DNA of 64,000 nucleotides from an uncultured Candidatus Rokubacteria bacterium (GTDB lineage Bacteria > Methylomirabilota > Methylomirabilia > Rokubacteriales > CSP1-6), in the NCBI GenBank assembly GCA_963747235.1, contig CAVVEU010000029.1:1-64000 (forward strand), in the 5' to 3' direction. A program made the translations under genes and the position numbers. The stretch's first letter is position 1. Each line of letters opens with the position of its first letter. The notes beneath the pieces were generated by a model. It worked only from the letters and a program-made list of their open reading frames with translations, ran no database searches and was not told the DNA's origin. Shown here in pieces: positions 1 through 12,822 of this stretch.

Positions 1-1999
<1,999 letters not shown>

Positions 2000-2120
2000 T
2001 CACCTACGTCATCCAACACTCGGACCAGGCCGCCAGTACACCGCAGTTGCCTTCGGCAAGCGGTGTCGCGAGGCCGGCGTCCGGCCATCATGGGCTCGGT
2101 GGACGACGCGTACGCCAATG

Positions 2121-2269
2121 CGCCGTGTCTTGAACCACCCGGCGACGTCGGGAAATCCCTCGATGTCGGCGACGCGCGCGAAGTAGAGATACCGGCGATT
2201 GGCCTGCGACTCGCCCGCGAAGGCCTCCTTCAGGTTGTCGCGGCTCTTCGATCCCTTCAGGCTCTTTCC
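2121..2269 (-). pseudogene. Rubrerythrin N-terminal remnant
   Basis: Manual translation GKSLKGSKSRDNLKEAFAGESQANRRYLYFARVADIEGFPDVAG; AAGGAGG upstream, but ATG missing and homology stops near 2121. Confidence 0.8.
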
Positions 2270-2332
2270 TGCTCTCTCGAATCCTCCTTGCGACGTTTGG
2301 GGGTGAGCGACGCGGTACTGCGGGGCCCGGCG

Positions 2333-2824
2333 CTACGGCGGCGGACGGCGCGCGGCCCGCCCGCGGCCCTTCCTGCGGCAGGCGGCGCAGCGCCCGTAGA
2401 ACTCGATGCGGTGATGCGTCACGCTGAATCGGCCCGACGACGCGACCCGGCTCACCAGGGCGCGCGAGTGGGGCTCGGTGAGCGGCCCGGCCACGTCGGC
2501 GATGCGCCCGCAGGCCAGACAGGTGAAGTGGTGGTGCTCGCTCAGGTTGCAGTCGAAGCGCGTGTGAGGTCCGGGCAGCTCCTTGACCAGTCCCTGGGCG
2601 ACGAGGAGCCGCAGGTTCCGATACACGGTGCCGAGGCTCACCCGCGGCAGCCGGCACCGCACCATCTGGTGCACGGCCTCGGCGGTGGGATGAGCGTCGC
2701 TCCCGCGGACCACCTCCAGCACCAGCCGGCGCGGACCGGTCAGCCGGAGGCCGACGCCGCGCAGGGCCGCCGACGCCCCGTCCCGCCTCCGCGCGACCGG
2801 GCTCTTATCAGGAATGATTGTCAT
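2333..2824 (-). CDS. Fur/PerR-family transcriptional regulator
   Basis: HPTAE, SLGTVYRNL, HHHFTCLACG and C-terminal CAAC zinc motifs; next to rbr and katG; start uncertain. Confidence 0.9.
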   Translation of the reverse strand: MTIIPDKSPVARRRDGASAALRGVGLRLTGPRRLVLEVVRGSDAHPTAEAVHQMVRCRLPRVSLGTVYRNLRLLVAQGLVKELPGPHTRFDCNLSEHHHFTCLACGRIADVAGPLTEPHSRALVSRVASSGRFSVTHHRIEFYGRCAACRRKGRGRAARRPPP

Positions 2825-2827
2825 AAC
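2805..2827. promoter_or_regulatory. Fur/Per-box-like operator
   Basis: AT-rich ttatcaggaatgattgtcataac; minus strand matches GATAATGATAATCATTATC at 12/19 positions; at the 5' end of the fur-like gene. Confidence 0.55.
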
Positions 2828-2884
2828 GGAACGCAGCCTAAACGTTCCCAGGCCATCACGCCCCCAGCCCCGCACACTGCAGCC

Positions 2885-2985
2885 CCGCTGGAGCCGCAGG
2901 CACAGCGTACATTGGCCTCCGGGCGCGCCGACCGCGCCCGCCCGGCTGTGAGCGGGATGCTAGGCGCGCGCACCGCCGCCGTCAA
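2885..2985 (-). repeat. Promoter-bearing dispersed repeat, copy 1
   Basis: Minus strand TTGACGgcggcggtgcgcgcgccTAGCAT..cgctca..ggaggccaATGtacgctgtg..cggctcc, alignable by eye with 6581-6710 and 31797-31915. Confidence 0.65.
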
Positions 2986-3011
2986 GCGGCAAATGACCCG
3001 CCGGCCCGAGA

Positions 3012-3058
3012 AACCCCGGAGCCGATCCCACGGAAATCCCAGGAGCCGATGCCACAGC
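3012..3058 (-). repeat. Tandem CTGTGGCATCGGCTCCTGGG-like doublet A
   Basis: ~47-bp direct repeat with 5513-5559; each copy is two ~21-bp units. Confidence 0.8.
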
Positions 3059-3096
3059 TTCGTCCTCGGGTCTGCCCAGCGCCGCCAGGGTGTCGG

Positions 3097-5482
3097 CTAC
3101 GTCCTGACCAGCCGACACAAGGTCGACCGGTGCGGCGTGCCTCCGCTCACCGGGTCGTGCTGGTCGTTCCGCACCAAGAGATTCTGGTTGGCGCCCGCGT
3201 CCGAGAACGGATCGAAGCCCGGGAGGCCGAGCTCCGGGCACGCCTCCCACCAGCCGTGCGAGCAGCAGACGACGCCGGGCAGGATGGCGTCGGTGACGTG
3301 CGCCTGCGCGCGGATGCGGCCCTCGGCGTCTCGACCACGATCCACTCGCCGGTCTTCACCCCGAAGCGGCGCGGCGGTCTCCGGATGGATCTCGGCCGTC
3401 GGATTCGGCGCGGTCTTGCGGAGGCTGGGCAGCCCGCGATGCTGGCTGTGGATGTACTGCGCGCGCTTGGCGTTCGTCAGCACCAGCGGGAAGTCGCGCG
3501 GCCAGCTCGGGCTGGCTCACCGGGCTGAGCGCGGGCTCGACGTAGTCGGGCAGCGGCGGCAGCCCGTGCTCGGCGAAGCGCAGGGCGAAGAGCTCCACCT
3601 TCTTCGTCGGCGTCGCGAAGCCGCGCGGGGCGCCCGTCGCGGGGTCGACCTCGGCGAACCGGCGGTGCTGCAGCGGCGCGCGGGGGACCGACGTGCCGTG
3701 CGGCAGCGCCCGCAGCGCGTCGAGGGTCACGCCGCTCGGCTCCAGCACGTGGCGGTAGGCGGCGTCGATGTCGCCGTCCCAGAACTCGGCGCCGAGGCCG
3801 AGCCGCTGCGCCAGGCCGAAGACGATCTCCACGTCCGACCGGCGCTCGTGGAGCGGCGGGACGGCGGCCTCGCGGAACTGGATGTGCGCCATCGTCTCGA
3901 TCGGGTAGCGATGGCCGACCTTCAGCGCGGAGGACTCCATCCAGCTCGAGGCCGGCAGCAGCACGTCCGCGAACCGGCTGGTCGGCGTGTGGACCAGCTC
4001 GATCTGCGCGAAGAACTCGAGCCGCTCGAGGGCGGCGCGACCGCGCAGGGTGTCGCCGTTGGCGAGCAGCATGTTGGCGCCGAACGAGACGAGGGCGCGC
4101 AGCGGGTAGGGCTGGCCCTCCAGGATCGCCCGGTACATGTCGTACGCGGTGACGGTCCCCGGCGTGGCCGGCGGGCCGATGGGCCGCTCCGCGCGGCCGA
4201 GGCGTCGGGCGGCCATCTCTGCCGGGAGCGCCTCGCGCGCCGCGACGTCGTTGACCTTCGGGGCGATCCCCGGCACGTTGCCGCCGGGCGAGTCGAAATC
4301 GCCGAGCAGCGCGTAGAGGATCTCGATGGCCCTCGACGCCTGCGTGGCGTTGGTGTGCTGGACGAGGCCGTTGTGGAAGTAGTGCGAGACCGGCCGGTGG
4401 TCGGCCAGCAGCCGGGCTGCCGCGACGACCTTCTCCTCCGGCACGCCCGTGATCCGCGCCACGACCGCGGGCGGGTACGCCGCCGCGATCGACGCCAGCC
4501 GCTCGAACACGGGCCGGCAGGTGACCTCGCGGCCGTCGGCGAGCCAGGCGCGGCACGTGCCGCGGAGGGCGAACGGCGCGTCCGCCGCGTACGTCCCGCG
4601 CGCGGGATCGTAGAACACCAGGTCGTCGCGGCCGTCGACGGCGGCCAGGTAGCGGAGCGGCACCACCGGCACGCCGGTCAGGTCGCGGCTGGTGAGCAGC
4701 TCGCCGGTGTCGTCGCGCACCAGCAGCGGCGCGTTCGTCCACTCGCGCACGAACGGCTCGTCGAAGCGGTGGTCCTGGATCAGGAGGTGGATCAGGCCGA
4801 GCGCGAGCGCGCCGTCGGTGCCGGGGCGCACCTGGAGCCACAGGTCCGCCTTGTTCGCGAGCCCCACGCGCCGCGGGTCGATCACCAGCAGCGTCGCGCC
4901 GCGCGCCTTCGCGGCGGTGATGTCGATGCCGAGCGTGAGGAAGTTCCCGGTGGGGTTCGCGCCCCAGAGGACGATGCACCGGCTGCGCGGGACGTCGGGC
5001 ATCGCCAGCGACGGCGTGCCGAACGTGTAGTGCGCGGCCCCGGTGTCGCGCGGCCACTGGCAGAGGTGGGTGGTGCCGCCGAGGTTCGGCGTGCCGAACA
5101 GGTGGACCAGCCGGTGCAGCCACCGCTCGGTGTCCGTGAGGCCGGTGCCGCCGGTCGTCCCCTTGTTGAACGCGACCGCCTCCGGCCCCGAGGACGCGCG
5201 CACCTCGAGCAGCTTCCGCGCGATCAGGTCGAGCGCCTCGTCCCAGGAGCAGCGCTCCCAGCCGGGGTCGGGATCGGTCTTCGGGCGCGTGCGGCGCATC
5301 GGGAAGTCGACGCGGTGCCCGTGCTCGTGGAACTCGGGCGCGGCGCGGCCCTTGGCGCAGATGGCGCCGCCGAACGGGTGCGACCGGTCGGGCTCGACGG
5401 AGATGACGCGGTGGCCGTCGACGGTGGTGACCGTCGGGCAGTGCACGCCGCAGAAGCCGCAGTAGCCCGTGACCTGTCGCAT
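3097..5482 (-). CDS. Molybdopterin (Mo-bisPGD) oxidoreductase with [4Fe-4S]; frameshifted near the 3' end
   Basis: CGFCGVHC..GAICAKG, VRPGTDGAL, ADVLLPA, and the C-terminal molydop-binding domain (HGWW..DPVSG) in alternative frames. Confidence 0.9.
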
Positions 5483-5512
5483 CGCTACTTCTCCACAGCC
5501 GCCACGACGTGG

Positions 5513-5559
5513 AACCCCAGGAGCCGATCCCACAGAACCCCAGGAACCGATGCCACAGC
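5513..5559 (-). repeat. Tandem motif doublet B
   Basis: aaccccaggagccgatcccacagaaccccaggaaccgatgccacagc, matches 3012-3058. Confidence 0.8.
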
Positions 5560-5560
5560 G

Positions 5561-6481
5561 TCAGCCGAGGGCCACGGCCCGCACCGGCGCCAGCCCCTTC
5601 GCGATATCGTCCCAGCGTTCGCCGCCGTCCTCGGACAGAAAGACCGAGCCATCCTCCGTGCCGATGACGACCGTCCGGCCCCGGGCCGCGAGACAGCCGG
5701 TGTCCACGTTGTCGCTGAACCATTCGGGCAGCCCGATCCGGCAACGCTCGAATGGCGCGGAGCCGTCGAGCGGCCGCCGGTACACGGTTGCCCGGCGACC
5801 ATGGTGGCCGCTGGATGCGCTGATCAGCACGGTGCCGCCGGCCACGGCGACGGCGCGACAGTAATGCGCGTGGAGTCCGTCGTTGTCCCATTGCCACGTG
5901 TCACCGCCGTCGCCGCTCCGGCCGAAGCCGTCGGCGGCGGCCACGAGGACGAGGCCGGGATGCCCGGGTGGCACCAGCACCTGGTGCACGTCGTGCTCGA
6001 TGTCGAGGGTCGGCCGCCAGGTGCGATCCCCCGAGCGGAGCACGCCGCCCACGTGCACGTTCACGTACGCCGCGCCGTCCGCGCCGGCGCTGATCGAGCG
6101 GACGTCGGCAGGGGCTCCCCACGGCGTGTACCAGGCCTCGCGCCCTTCGGTCTCCTCGAAGGATGGTACCGGCACGAGGCGATCTGCCTCGAGGCGCAGG
6201 AGATGCGCCCGTGCGGTGCCGACGAGCAGTCCCGCCGGCGTCGTCGCGAGGCACGTGGCCCTGCGTTTCGGCACCTTTGCGGACATCGACCAGCGGGAGC
6301 CGTCCGCGCTTCGCCAGAGCTCTCGGCCATCGACGAGCGCCCACCACCCATCGCCGGCGGGCGCCAGCGCCCCTACTTCCCGGCCCGCCAGATCATCGAC
6401 CCGGGCTGCGCCGTCGCCGTTCACGAGGTGGAGGCCCTCATCGGTGGCCACGAGAATCGTTCGCGGGCTGATCATGCTCAT
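5561..6481 (-). CDS. BNR/Asp-box beta-propeller protein
   Basis: SxDGGxxW repeats (SGDGGDTW, SEDGGERW); GGAGG before ATG 6481. Confidence 0.75.
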   Translation of the reverse strand: MSMISPRTILVATDEGLHLVNGDGAARVDDLAGREVGALAPAGDGWWALVDGRELWRSADGSRWSMSAKVPKRRATCLATTPAGLLVGTARAHLLRLEADRLVPVPSFEETEGREAWYTPWGAPADVRSISAGADGAAYVNVHVGGVLRSGDRTWRPTLDIEHDVHQVLVPPGHPGLVLVAAADGFGRSGDGGDTWQWDNDGLHAHYCRAVAVAGGTVLISASSGHHGRRATVYRRPLDGSAPFERCRIGLPEWFSDNVDTGCLAARGRTVVIGTEDGSVFLSEDGGERWDDIAKGLAPVRAVALG

Positions 6482-6580
6482 TGCCGCCTCCTGTCGATCC
6501 CAAGCATACCGCCGACCTCGGCGCTGGGCGACCGCCGTCGGAGGGCACCTCCTGGGCTCTCGAACTCCGGTCCGGTCCGT

Positions 6581-6710
6581 CCGGTCCGCCGGCCGGTTGA
6601 CGGGACGGTGTGTCTCGCATAGCATGCCGCTCAGCCGGGGCGGCTCGCTCGACCCGCGAGGAGGCCGCTCATGTGCGCCGTGCCGTCGGTTCCAGGGGCG
6701 GCCGGCGTCC
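6581..6710 (+). repeat. Promoter-bearing dispersed repeat, copy 2
   Basis: TTGACG(6597)-N17-TAGCAT(6620), ggctcgctcgacccgcgag, GAGGAGG-ATG; ~130 bp homologous to 31797-31928. Confidence 0.8.
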
Positions 6711-6724
6711 AAGGAGGCAAGCCG

Positions 6725-8023
6725 ATGACGTCGTTCCACGCATCGCTGGTCGTCACGTGCATCGTCGCGGTCTCGTTCGTCGGGTGCGCCTCGCCGCCGC
6801 CAGGGTCGCGCGACGCCGGTGCCTCCGGTCCGTCCGCCGGGCCGGGGCCGCGGTTCGCGGCCGGTGGCCCGGACGCCCGCGAGTACGGCGCGGACGCCGG
6901 CTATCCGATCGGTGACCAGTCGACGTACTTCAGCCTGCCCTTCCTCGTGGGCTCGCAGAGTCATCTCGATCAGGTGTTCGAGGGTCGGATCGTGCGCGGG
7001 GCGTCCACGCCGTCGCCGCTCGGCCGCGCGGCCGCCGAGCCCATCATCCGCTACGAGCATGGTGGCCAGACGCTCACTCTCGACGACTACCTCGCGCGCC
7101 ACCCCACGACCGGGCTCCTCATCGCGCGGGGCGACACGATCCTCCTCGAGCGCTACCAGTACGCGCGGGACGATCGGCATCGCTTCACGTCGTGGTCGAT
7201 GGCCAAGACCGTCACCGCGATGCTGATCGGGATCGCCATCGCCGAGGGCCGCATCCGGTCGGTCGACGATCGCGCGGAGGTGTACGTACCGGCCCTGGCG
7301 GGCACCGAATATGGGCGCACCTCGATCCGGCACCTGCTCCAGATGTCCTCGGGGGTACGCTTCCGCGAGGAATACACGGGGGACGACGATGTCTCTCTGC
7401 TCGCCCGCGACACGTTCCTGCGGCTCGGGAAAGGCGGTGTCGAGGCGGTCAAGCGGTTCAACGAGCGCGTGGCGCCGGCCGGCACGCGCTTTTCCTATGC
7501 GTCGGTCGAGACCCAGGTGCTCGGCTTCGTGCTGACGGGCGCGGTCGGCCGGTCGGCGTCCGAATACCTGGAGCAGAAGATCTGGCAGCCGATCGGCGCC
7601 GAGGCCGACGCGACCTGGCTCATCGACCGTTCCGGCCAGGAGGCGACCCTGTGCTGCCTCAACGCGGTGCTACGCGACTACGCGCGGCTCGGCCTGCTGC
7701 TCGCCCACGACGGCAACTGGCGTGGCCGGCAGATCATCCCCGCCGCGTGGGTCCGGGACGCCACGAGCCGCCACCCGGACCAGCGTCACCTCTGGCCCGG
7801 GACCGCCACGCCATTTCTCGGGTACGGCTACCAGACGTGGATCTGGCCCGGCGAGGCCCGGAGGTTCGCGTTCCTCGGCATCCGCGGCCAGTCGATCCTC
7901 GTCGACCCGCACAGTCGCCTGGTGATGGTCCAGACGTCCGTCCGCAAGCGCCCGTCGAATGATCCCAGCGCAGCACTGACGAGGGCCCTCTGGGAGGCCG
8001 TCGCGGCCACCCTCGGCAATTGA
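6725..8023 (+). CDS. Serine hydrolase (class C beta-lactamase/NylB-like) lipoprotein
   Basis: SMAK (SxxK), YAS, lipobox FVGC; AAGGAGG RBS. Confidence 0.85.
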   Translation: MTSFHASLVVTCIVAVSFVGCASPPPGSRDAGASGPSAGPGPRFAAGGPDAREYGADAGYPIGDQSTYFSLPFLVGSQSHLDQVFEGRIVRGASTPSPLGRAAAEPIIRYEHGGQTLTLDDYLARHPTTGLLIARGDTILLERYQYARDDRHRFTSWSMAKTVTAMLIGIAIAEGRIRSVDDRAEVYVPALAGTEYGRTSIRHLLQMSSGVRFREEYTGDDDVSLLARDTFLRLGKGGVEAVKRFNERVAPAGTRFSYASVETQVLGFVLTGAVGRSASEYLEQKIWQPIGAEADATWLIDRSGQEATLCCLNAVLRDYARLGLLLAHDGNWRGRQIIPAAWVRDATSRHPDQRHLWPGTATPFLGYGYQTWIWPGEARRFAFLGIRGQSILVDPHSRLVMVQTSVRKRPSNDPSAALTRALWEAVAATLGN

Positions 8024-8220
8024 CCGGAGTCGGTCACAGATGGAAATCGGCGAGCGTGGGCTCGCCGATGTAGTCGTGGTACTGGGTCGGGGGCTGTTGG
8101 CTGGTGATGATGGTCTGACGAGCCCGGACCAACTCGAAGGCGCTTATTCGGAACGACGCTCCACTTCCGGCTTGCGCGCGCCGACTGGGATCGGGGCCAT
8201 GCCGCGGGAGGCCTGCACAC

Positions 8221-10553
8221 ATGAACGATGACGCCAGGATCGGCGCGCCGCGGAAGCGCAAGGAGGATCCGCGCTTCCTGACCGGCGCATCGTGCTTCAC
8301 CGACGACGTCGCGCTGGCCGGGCAGCTCCACGCGGTGGTCGTGCGCTCGCCCCACGCGCACGCGCGCATCCGGGCCGTCGACACGGCCGCTGCGCGCTCC
8401 GCGCCGGGAGTGCGGCTGGTGCTGACGGCGGTCGACGTCGAGGGCGAGGTCGCCCGGCCGATTCCCTCGTACTCGCGCACGCCGCCCTTCGACATCCGCG
8501 GCCCCGACGGGGCGATGGCCCCCGATGCGGACCAGTTTCCCCTGGCCCGGGAGACGGCGCGCTACGCCGGCGAGCCGGTCGTGTTCGTCGTGGCGGACAC
8601 GCCTGGCCAGGCCCACGACGCGGCCGCGCTGGTCCGCGTCGACTACGAGCCGCGCCCGGCGGCGATCGGCTTCGAGCAGGCGCTCGCGCCGGATGCGCCC
8701 CGCGTCTGGGACGATCGGCCGAGCAACGTGTCCTTCGAGTGGGAGGGCGGCGACCGGGCGCCGTCGAGGCGGCGTTCGCCCGCGCTGCGCACGTCACGCG
8801 CGTGGAGGTCGTCAACAACCGGATCGCCCCGGTGTTCATGGAGCCGCGCTCGGCCGTCGCGGAGTACGACCCGGGCACGTCGCGCTGGACGCTCCGGGTG
8901 GGATGCCAGTCGGCCCACGGCATGCGCGCCGTGCTCGTCCACGTGATGGGGATCGAGCCCGAGCGGCTGCGCGTCGTCGTGCCCGACACCGGCGGCGGCT
9001 TCGGCGCCCGCGGGGGCGTGTACCCGGAGTACCCGCTGCTCCTGGTCGCCGCCCGGCGGCTCGGGCGACCCGTCAAGTGGACGGCCGAGCGCACGGAGGC
9101 GTTCCTGGCCGATCACCAGGCGCGCGATCACGTGCTGCGCGGCGAGCTGGCCCTCGACGGCGACGGCAGATTCACGGCGATGCGCGCGCGCGTCGACTGG
9201 CGCCACGGCGCCTATCTGACGAGCCGCAACGTCTGGGTGATGGTGCACTACCTCCCGCCGACGCTCGGCGGCCCCTATCGCATCCCGTGCGGCCACGCGG
9301 CCATCCGCGGCGTGTTCTCCCACACCACGCCGCTCGCGGCCTTCCGGGGAATCGGGCGCATCGAGGCGAACTACCTCACCGAGAGCCTGATCGAGGCGGC
9401 GGCGCGCGAGACGGGCATCGACCGGATCGAGCTCCGCCGGCGGAACCTGGTGGGGCCCGGAGAATTCCCGTGGACGACGCCGGGCGGCGCCGTGCTGACC
9501 TCGGGCGAGTTCCGGAGGAACCTCGATCGCGCGCTCGAGCTGGCGGACTGGAGCGGCTTCCCTGCGCGGCGCGCCGCGAGCCAGGCCCGAGGCGTGCTCC
9601 GCGGGTTCGGGCTGGCGATGTACGTCGAGAACGACGGCAGCACGCCCACCGAGTTCGCGGAGGTCCAGGCGACGGGGGACGGCCGGGTGATCGTCTGTGC
9701 CGGCACGCAGGACTTCGGCATGGGGCACGCCACCGTGTTCTCGCAGGTCGCCGCGGAGACGCTGGGCGTCCCGTTCGACTGCGTCGAGGTGGTGTTCGGG
9801 GACACGGACCGCGTGATCCGTGGCGCCGGCTCCCACGGGTCGCGCTCCGCCCGCGTGGGCGGTGGCGCCGTCGTCGCCAGCGCGCGGAAGGTGGTGGAGG
9901 AAGGGCGGCCCCTCGCCGCCCGGATGCTCGAGGCCGCAGCCGCCGACGTGACCTACGCCGCCGGGCGCTTCACCGTGGCCGGGACCGACCGGGGCGTCGG
10001 GCTCTTCGAGGTGGCGGCGTTCGCCGAGAAGACGAACGGTCGGCTGGCGGCCGAGGCCGATTTCGCGACCGCCGGCGACGTCCACGCCAACGGCTGGCAC
10101 GCGTGCGAGGTCACCGTGGATCCCGACGACGGCACCGTGCGGCTCGAGCGCCACGCGATCGTGGCCGACGTCGGCCGGGCGATCAACCCGCTCATCGTGC
10201 ACGGCCAGATGCACGGCGGCGCCGCCCAGGGTGTCGGGCAGGCGCTGATGGAGCACGTCGTGTTCGAGGCGGACAGCGGGCAGCCGGTCTCCGCCAGCTT
10301 CATGGACTACGCGATCCCGCGGGCGGACGACCTCCCCCTCTTCGCCGTCGAGCTCAACGAGGTGGCGGAGCCCGACAACCCGCTCGGCGTGAAGGGCGCG
10401 GGGGAGAACGCCACGACCGGCGCTCCCGCGGCGGTCATGAACGCCCTGCGCGATGCCCTGCAGTCGGCCGGCGCCGGCGGCGTCGACATGCCGGCCACCC
10501 GCGAGCAGGTCTGGCGGGCGCTCCGCCGGGCCCGCGCTGCGGCGCGCCCGTGA
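8221..10553 (+). CDS. Xanthine dehydrogenase/CoxL-like Mo-binding subunit; indel ~8760
   Basis: RKEDPRFLTG, GGGFGARG, AFRGIGR, GQMHGGAAQG, GVKGAGE. Confidence 0.9.
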
Positions 10554-10725
10554 GGCCGGCGCCGGCCCTCGCGCGAACCGCTGGTCAGGAGGAGGTTGCG
10601 CCGAGGGCGACGCAACGTGCGGTGAGATGACGCCTCCCCCGTCGGCCAGCCGGAGGCCATCGCGCCCTCGATCTCGACGGGTCGGCGCGTGCTTCTGCCA
10701 CGATGACCACAATCGATCGATCCGC

Positions 10726-11871
10726 TCATGCTCTTCCCAGCCCGTAGAGCGCGGCCGCATTGTCGTGAGTCAGCTTGCGGCGCATCTCTGGCGACAGGTG
10801 CCGCATCTGCCGCTCGATCGCTTCTCGGGAGTTGGGCCAGACGCTGTCGGGGTGCGGATAGTCCGACGCCCACAGCAGGTGCCCATCGCCAAAGAACGGA
10901 ATGAGCGACATCGCCACGTGGTCTTCCTGGAAGGTCGCGTAGATCTGCCGCTTGAAGAGCTCGCTCGGCTTCGTCACGAGGGCGCTGCCGCCCTTGTCCG
11001 CCCAGAACTCCTTCGCCTCCCAGAGCCGCCAGTGGCGGTAGTCGAGCTCCTCGACGAGCCAGGGGAGCCATCCCGTGCCGGCCTCGGCCATCACCATGCG
11101 CAATCGCGGGTGGCGCTCGAGGATGCCCCAGGCGAAGAGGTCGACGAAGGGCTCGAGGAAGTTCGCCAGGAAGAACTTGGTGTTCTCGAAGACGCTCGCC
11201 GCCTTGCCGGCGACGCGATCGCCCGGCTTGCCGACGAACACCGTGATGTGCCAGGAGAGGATGATGCCGCTCTCCTCGAGCGCCTGCCAGAGCGGCTCCC
11301 AGGCCGGGTCGTCGAGCTTGGGGTTGACGTTGGCGATCATGAGATTCACCTGGCGCACGCCGCCCTTCGCCCTCAGCCGCTCGAGCTCGGCGAGCGCGCC
11401 CTCGGGCGTCTCCGGCAGCATCGGCAGGCCGATGAGCCGGTCGGGCGCCGCCTTGCAGAAGTCGAGCAGCCAGTCGTTGTAGACGCGATAGCAGGCGGTG
11501 CGTAGCACGGGATCGTCGGTCGAGATCTGGAAGATCGGCCCGAAGATCACCTGCGTCGCGACGCCGTCGCGGTCCATGTCGGCGAGACGCAGCTCGGCGA
11601 CGGCCGGGCGGCGCGCGCTCGCGTCGTGGATGCCGGCGCGGTCGAAGGCGTTATAGAGCGGCTTGATCGGCCGCGCGGAGCCCGTCGCCGGCGGCTTGCC
11701 GTCCCAGCGGCCCCACACCTTCCCGTCGCACACCCAGACCGCCTGTCCGTCGCGCTCCTCGACATGCGGCGCGCGGTCGAGCAGCGACGCGGGCAGCCGC
11801 GTGGTCCACAGATCCGCGGGCAGTTGGCTGAGATCCATGTGATCGTCGCAGGAGATGAGTTGGTCAGTCAT
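10726..11871 (-). CDS. Amidohydrolase_2 family protein
   Basis: SCDDH, DMDRDGV, WASDYPH. Confidence 0.9.
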   Translation of the reverse strand: MTDQLISCDDHMDLSQLPADLWTTRLPASLLDRAPHVEERDGQAVWVCDGKVWGRWDGKPPATGSARPIKPLYNAFDRAGIHDASARRPAVAELRLADMDRDGVATQVIFGPIFQISTDDPVLRTACYRVYNDWLLDFCKAAPDRLIGLPMLPETPEGALAELERLRAKGGVRQVNLMIANVNPKLDDPAWEPLWQALEESGIILSWHITVFVGKPGDRVAGKAASVFENTKFFLANFLEPFVDLFAWGILERHPRLRMVMAEAGTGWLPWLVEELDYRHWRLWEAKEFWADKGGSALVTKPSELFKRQIYATFQEDHVAMSLIPFFGDGHLLWASDYPHPDSVWPNSREAIERQMRHLSPEMRRKLTHDNAAALYGLGRA

Positions 11872-11910
11872 GTGATCCTCCGGTCGATGGACGCTGTCGG
11901 ATTGTCGCTC

Positions 11911-12072
11911 TCATCGGGCAGGACTGCACCCTGCACGCCCCGTGAAGCGCGGCGGCCGCTTTTCGCGGAAGGCGGCGACGCCTTCTGCGCGGTCCGGGGT
12001 GCGGGCGGCCATCGCTTGGTTGCGCGCCTCCATGTTCAGGACGTCCTCGAGGGACATGCCGAGTCCCTGGTA
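11911..12072 (-). pseudogene. Enoyl-CoA hydratase C-terminal fragment
   Basis: YQGLGMSLEDVLNMEARNQ..DRAEGVAAFREKRPPRFTG. Confidence 0.7.
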
Positions 12073-12154
12073 GGGGTGAGTGTCACGATGCTGTCGTGCC
12101 GGTGATACAACACCGATCCATTCGTCATTCGCGAGCTCCTTGGGGACTGCGCCC

Positions 12155-12250
12155 TCAGTTCGGGTACACGATCGTGCGCAGCATGATCCGGCGCTCGTCG
12201 GGCCGATAGTCGCCGGCGCCGCGGTGCATCGTCGCCCGCTCGTCCCAGGT
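12155..12250 (-). pseudogene. TauD/TfdA dioxygenase C-terminal fragment
   Basis: WDERATMHRGAGDYRPDERRIMLRTIV*. Confidence 0.7.
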
Positions 12251-12272
12251 CAGGAACCTCCTGAGTCGTCGA

Positions 12273-12488
12273 CTAGTTCCAGCGCCCACCAGGCGCACAC
12301 GGCCTGGCCCATGACGAGATGTTTGTGCTCCGCTCTGACAGCCAGGGCAGCTCCTCGGTGAACATGGTCACGCACTGACGCCAGGAGCACGGGCATCTTC
12401 GTGATGTCGAGGTGACCTGGCGATGGGCCATGTTGCTGGGCAAACCGCTACCCCCGAGATGGATCTGAGCATCCTCGATACGCATCAC
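12273..12488 (-). pseudogene. Internally deleted amidohydrolase (paralog of 19780-20598)
   Basis: N-terminal DAQIHL joined to C-terminal PCSWRQCVTMFTEELPWL. Confidence 0.75.
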
Positions 12489-12822
12489 GCCTCCCCTTCC
12501 TGGTCGACCGCGGCTTTGGACCCACCCACCGCTCGATCGCCATCGAGAGTATCCTGTGTGGGCTCACGCTGCACCTACCGCAGGCGAGCACGGAGACGTA
12601 CCGTGATCAACCGGAGGAGAACAGTCCTTGGTCAGCCGCAGAGCAATTCCTGTCACTCGTCGCGGGTAGTATGACCGCATCACCGATCTCACGCATTGCG
12701 ACGTCGACGTCGGCGGCAAGACCATGTTCTGGATGGGGATGGTGCAGACTGTAAACGCTCGCGCCCTTGACGCGGCTACGGTAGTATTGCAGCGGTTCGA
12801 TTGCTTCTTCGGAGGGATTGCC

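Noticed and set aside
6565-6596. ccggt-rich run as a tandem repeat locus
   Set aside because: Short, irregular low-complexity sequence at the edge of the promoter repeat.
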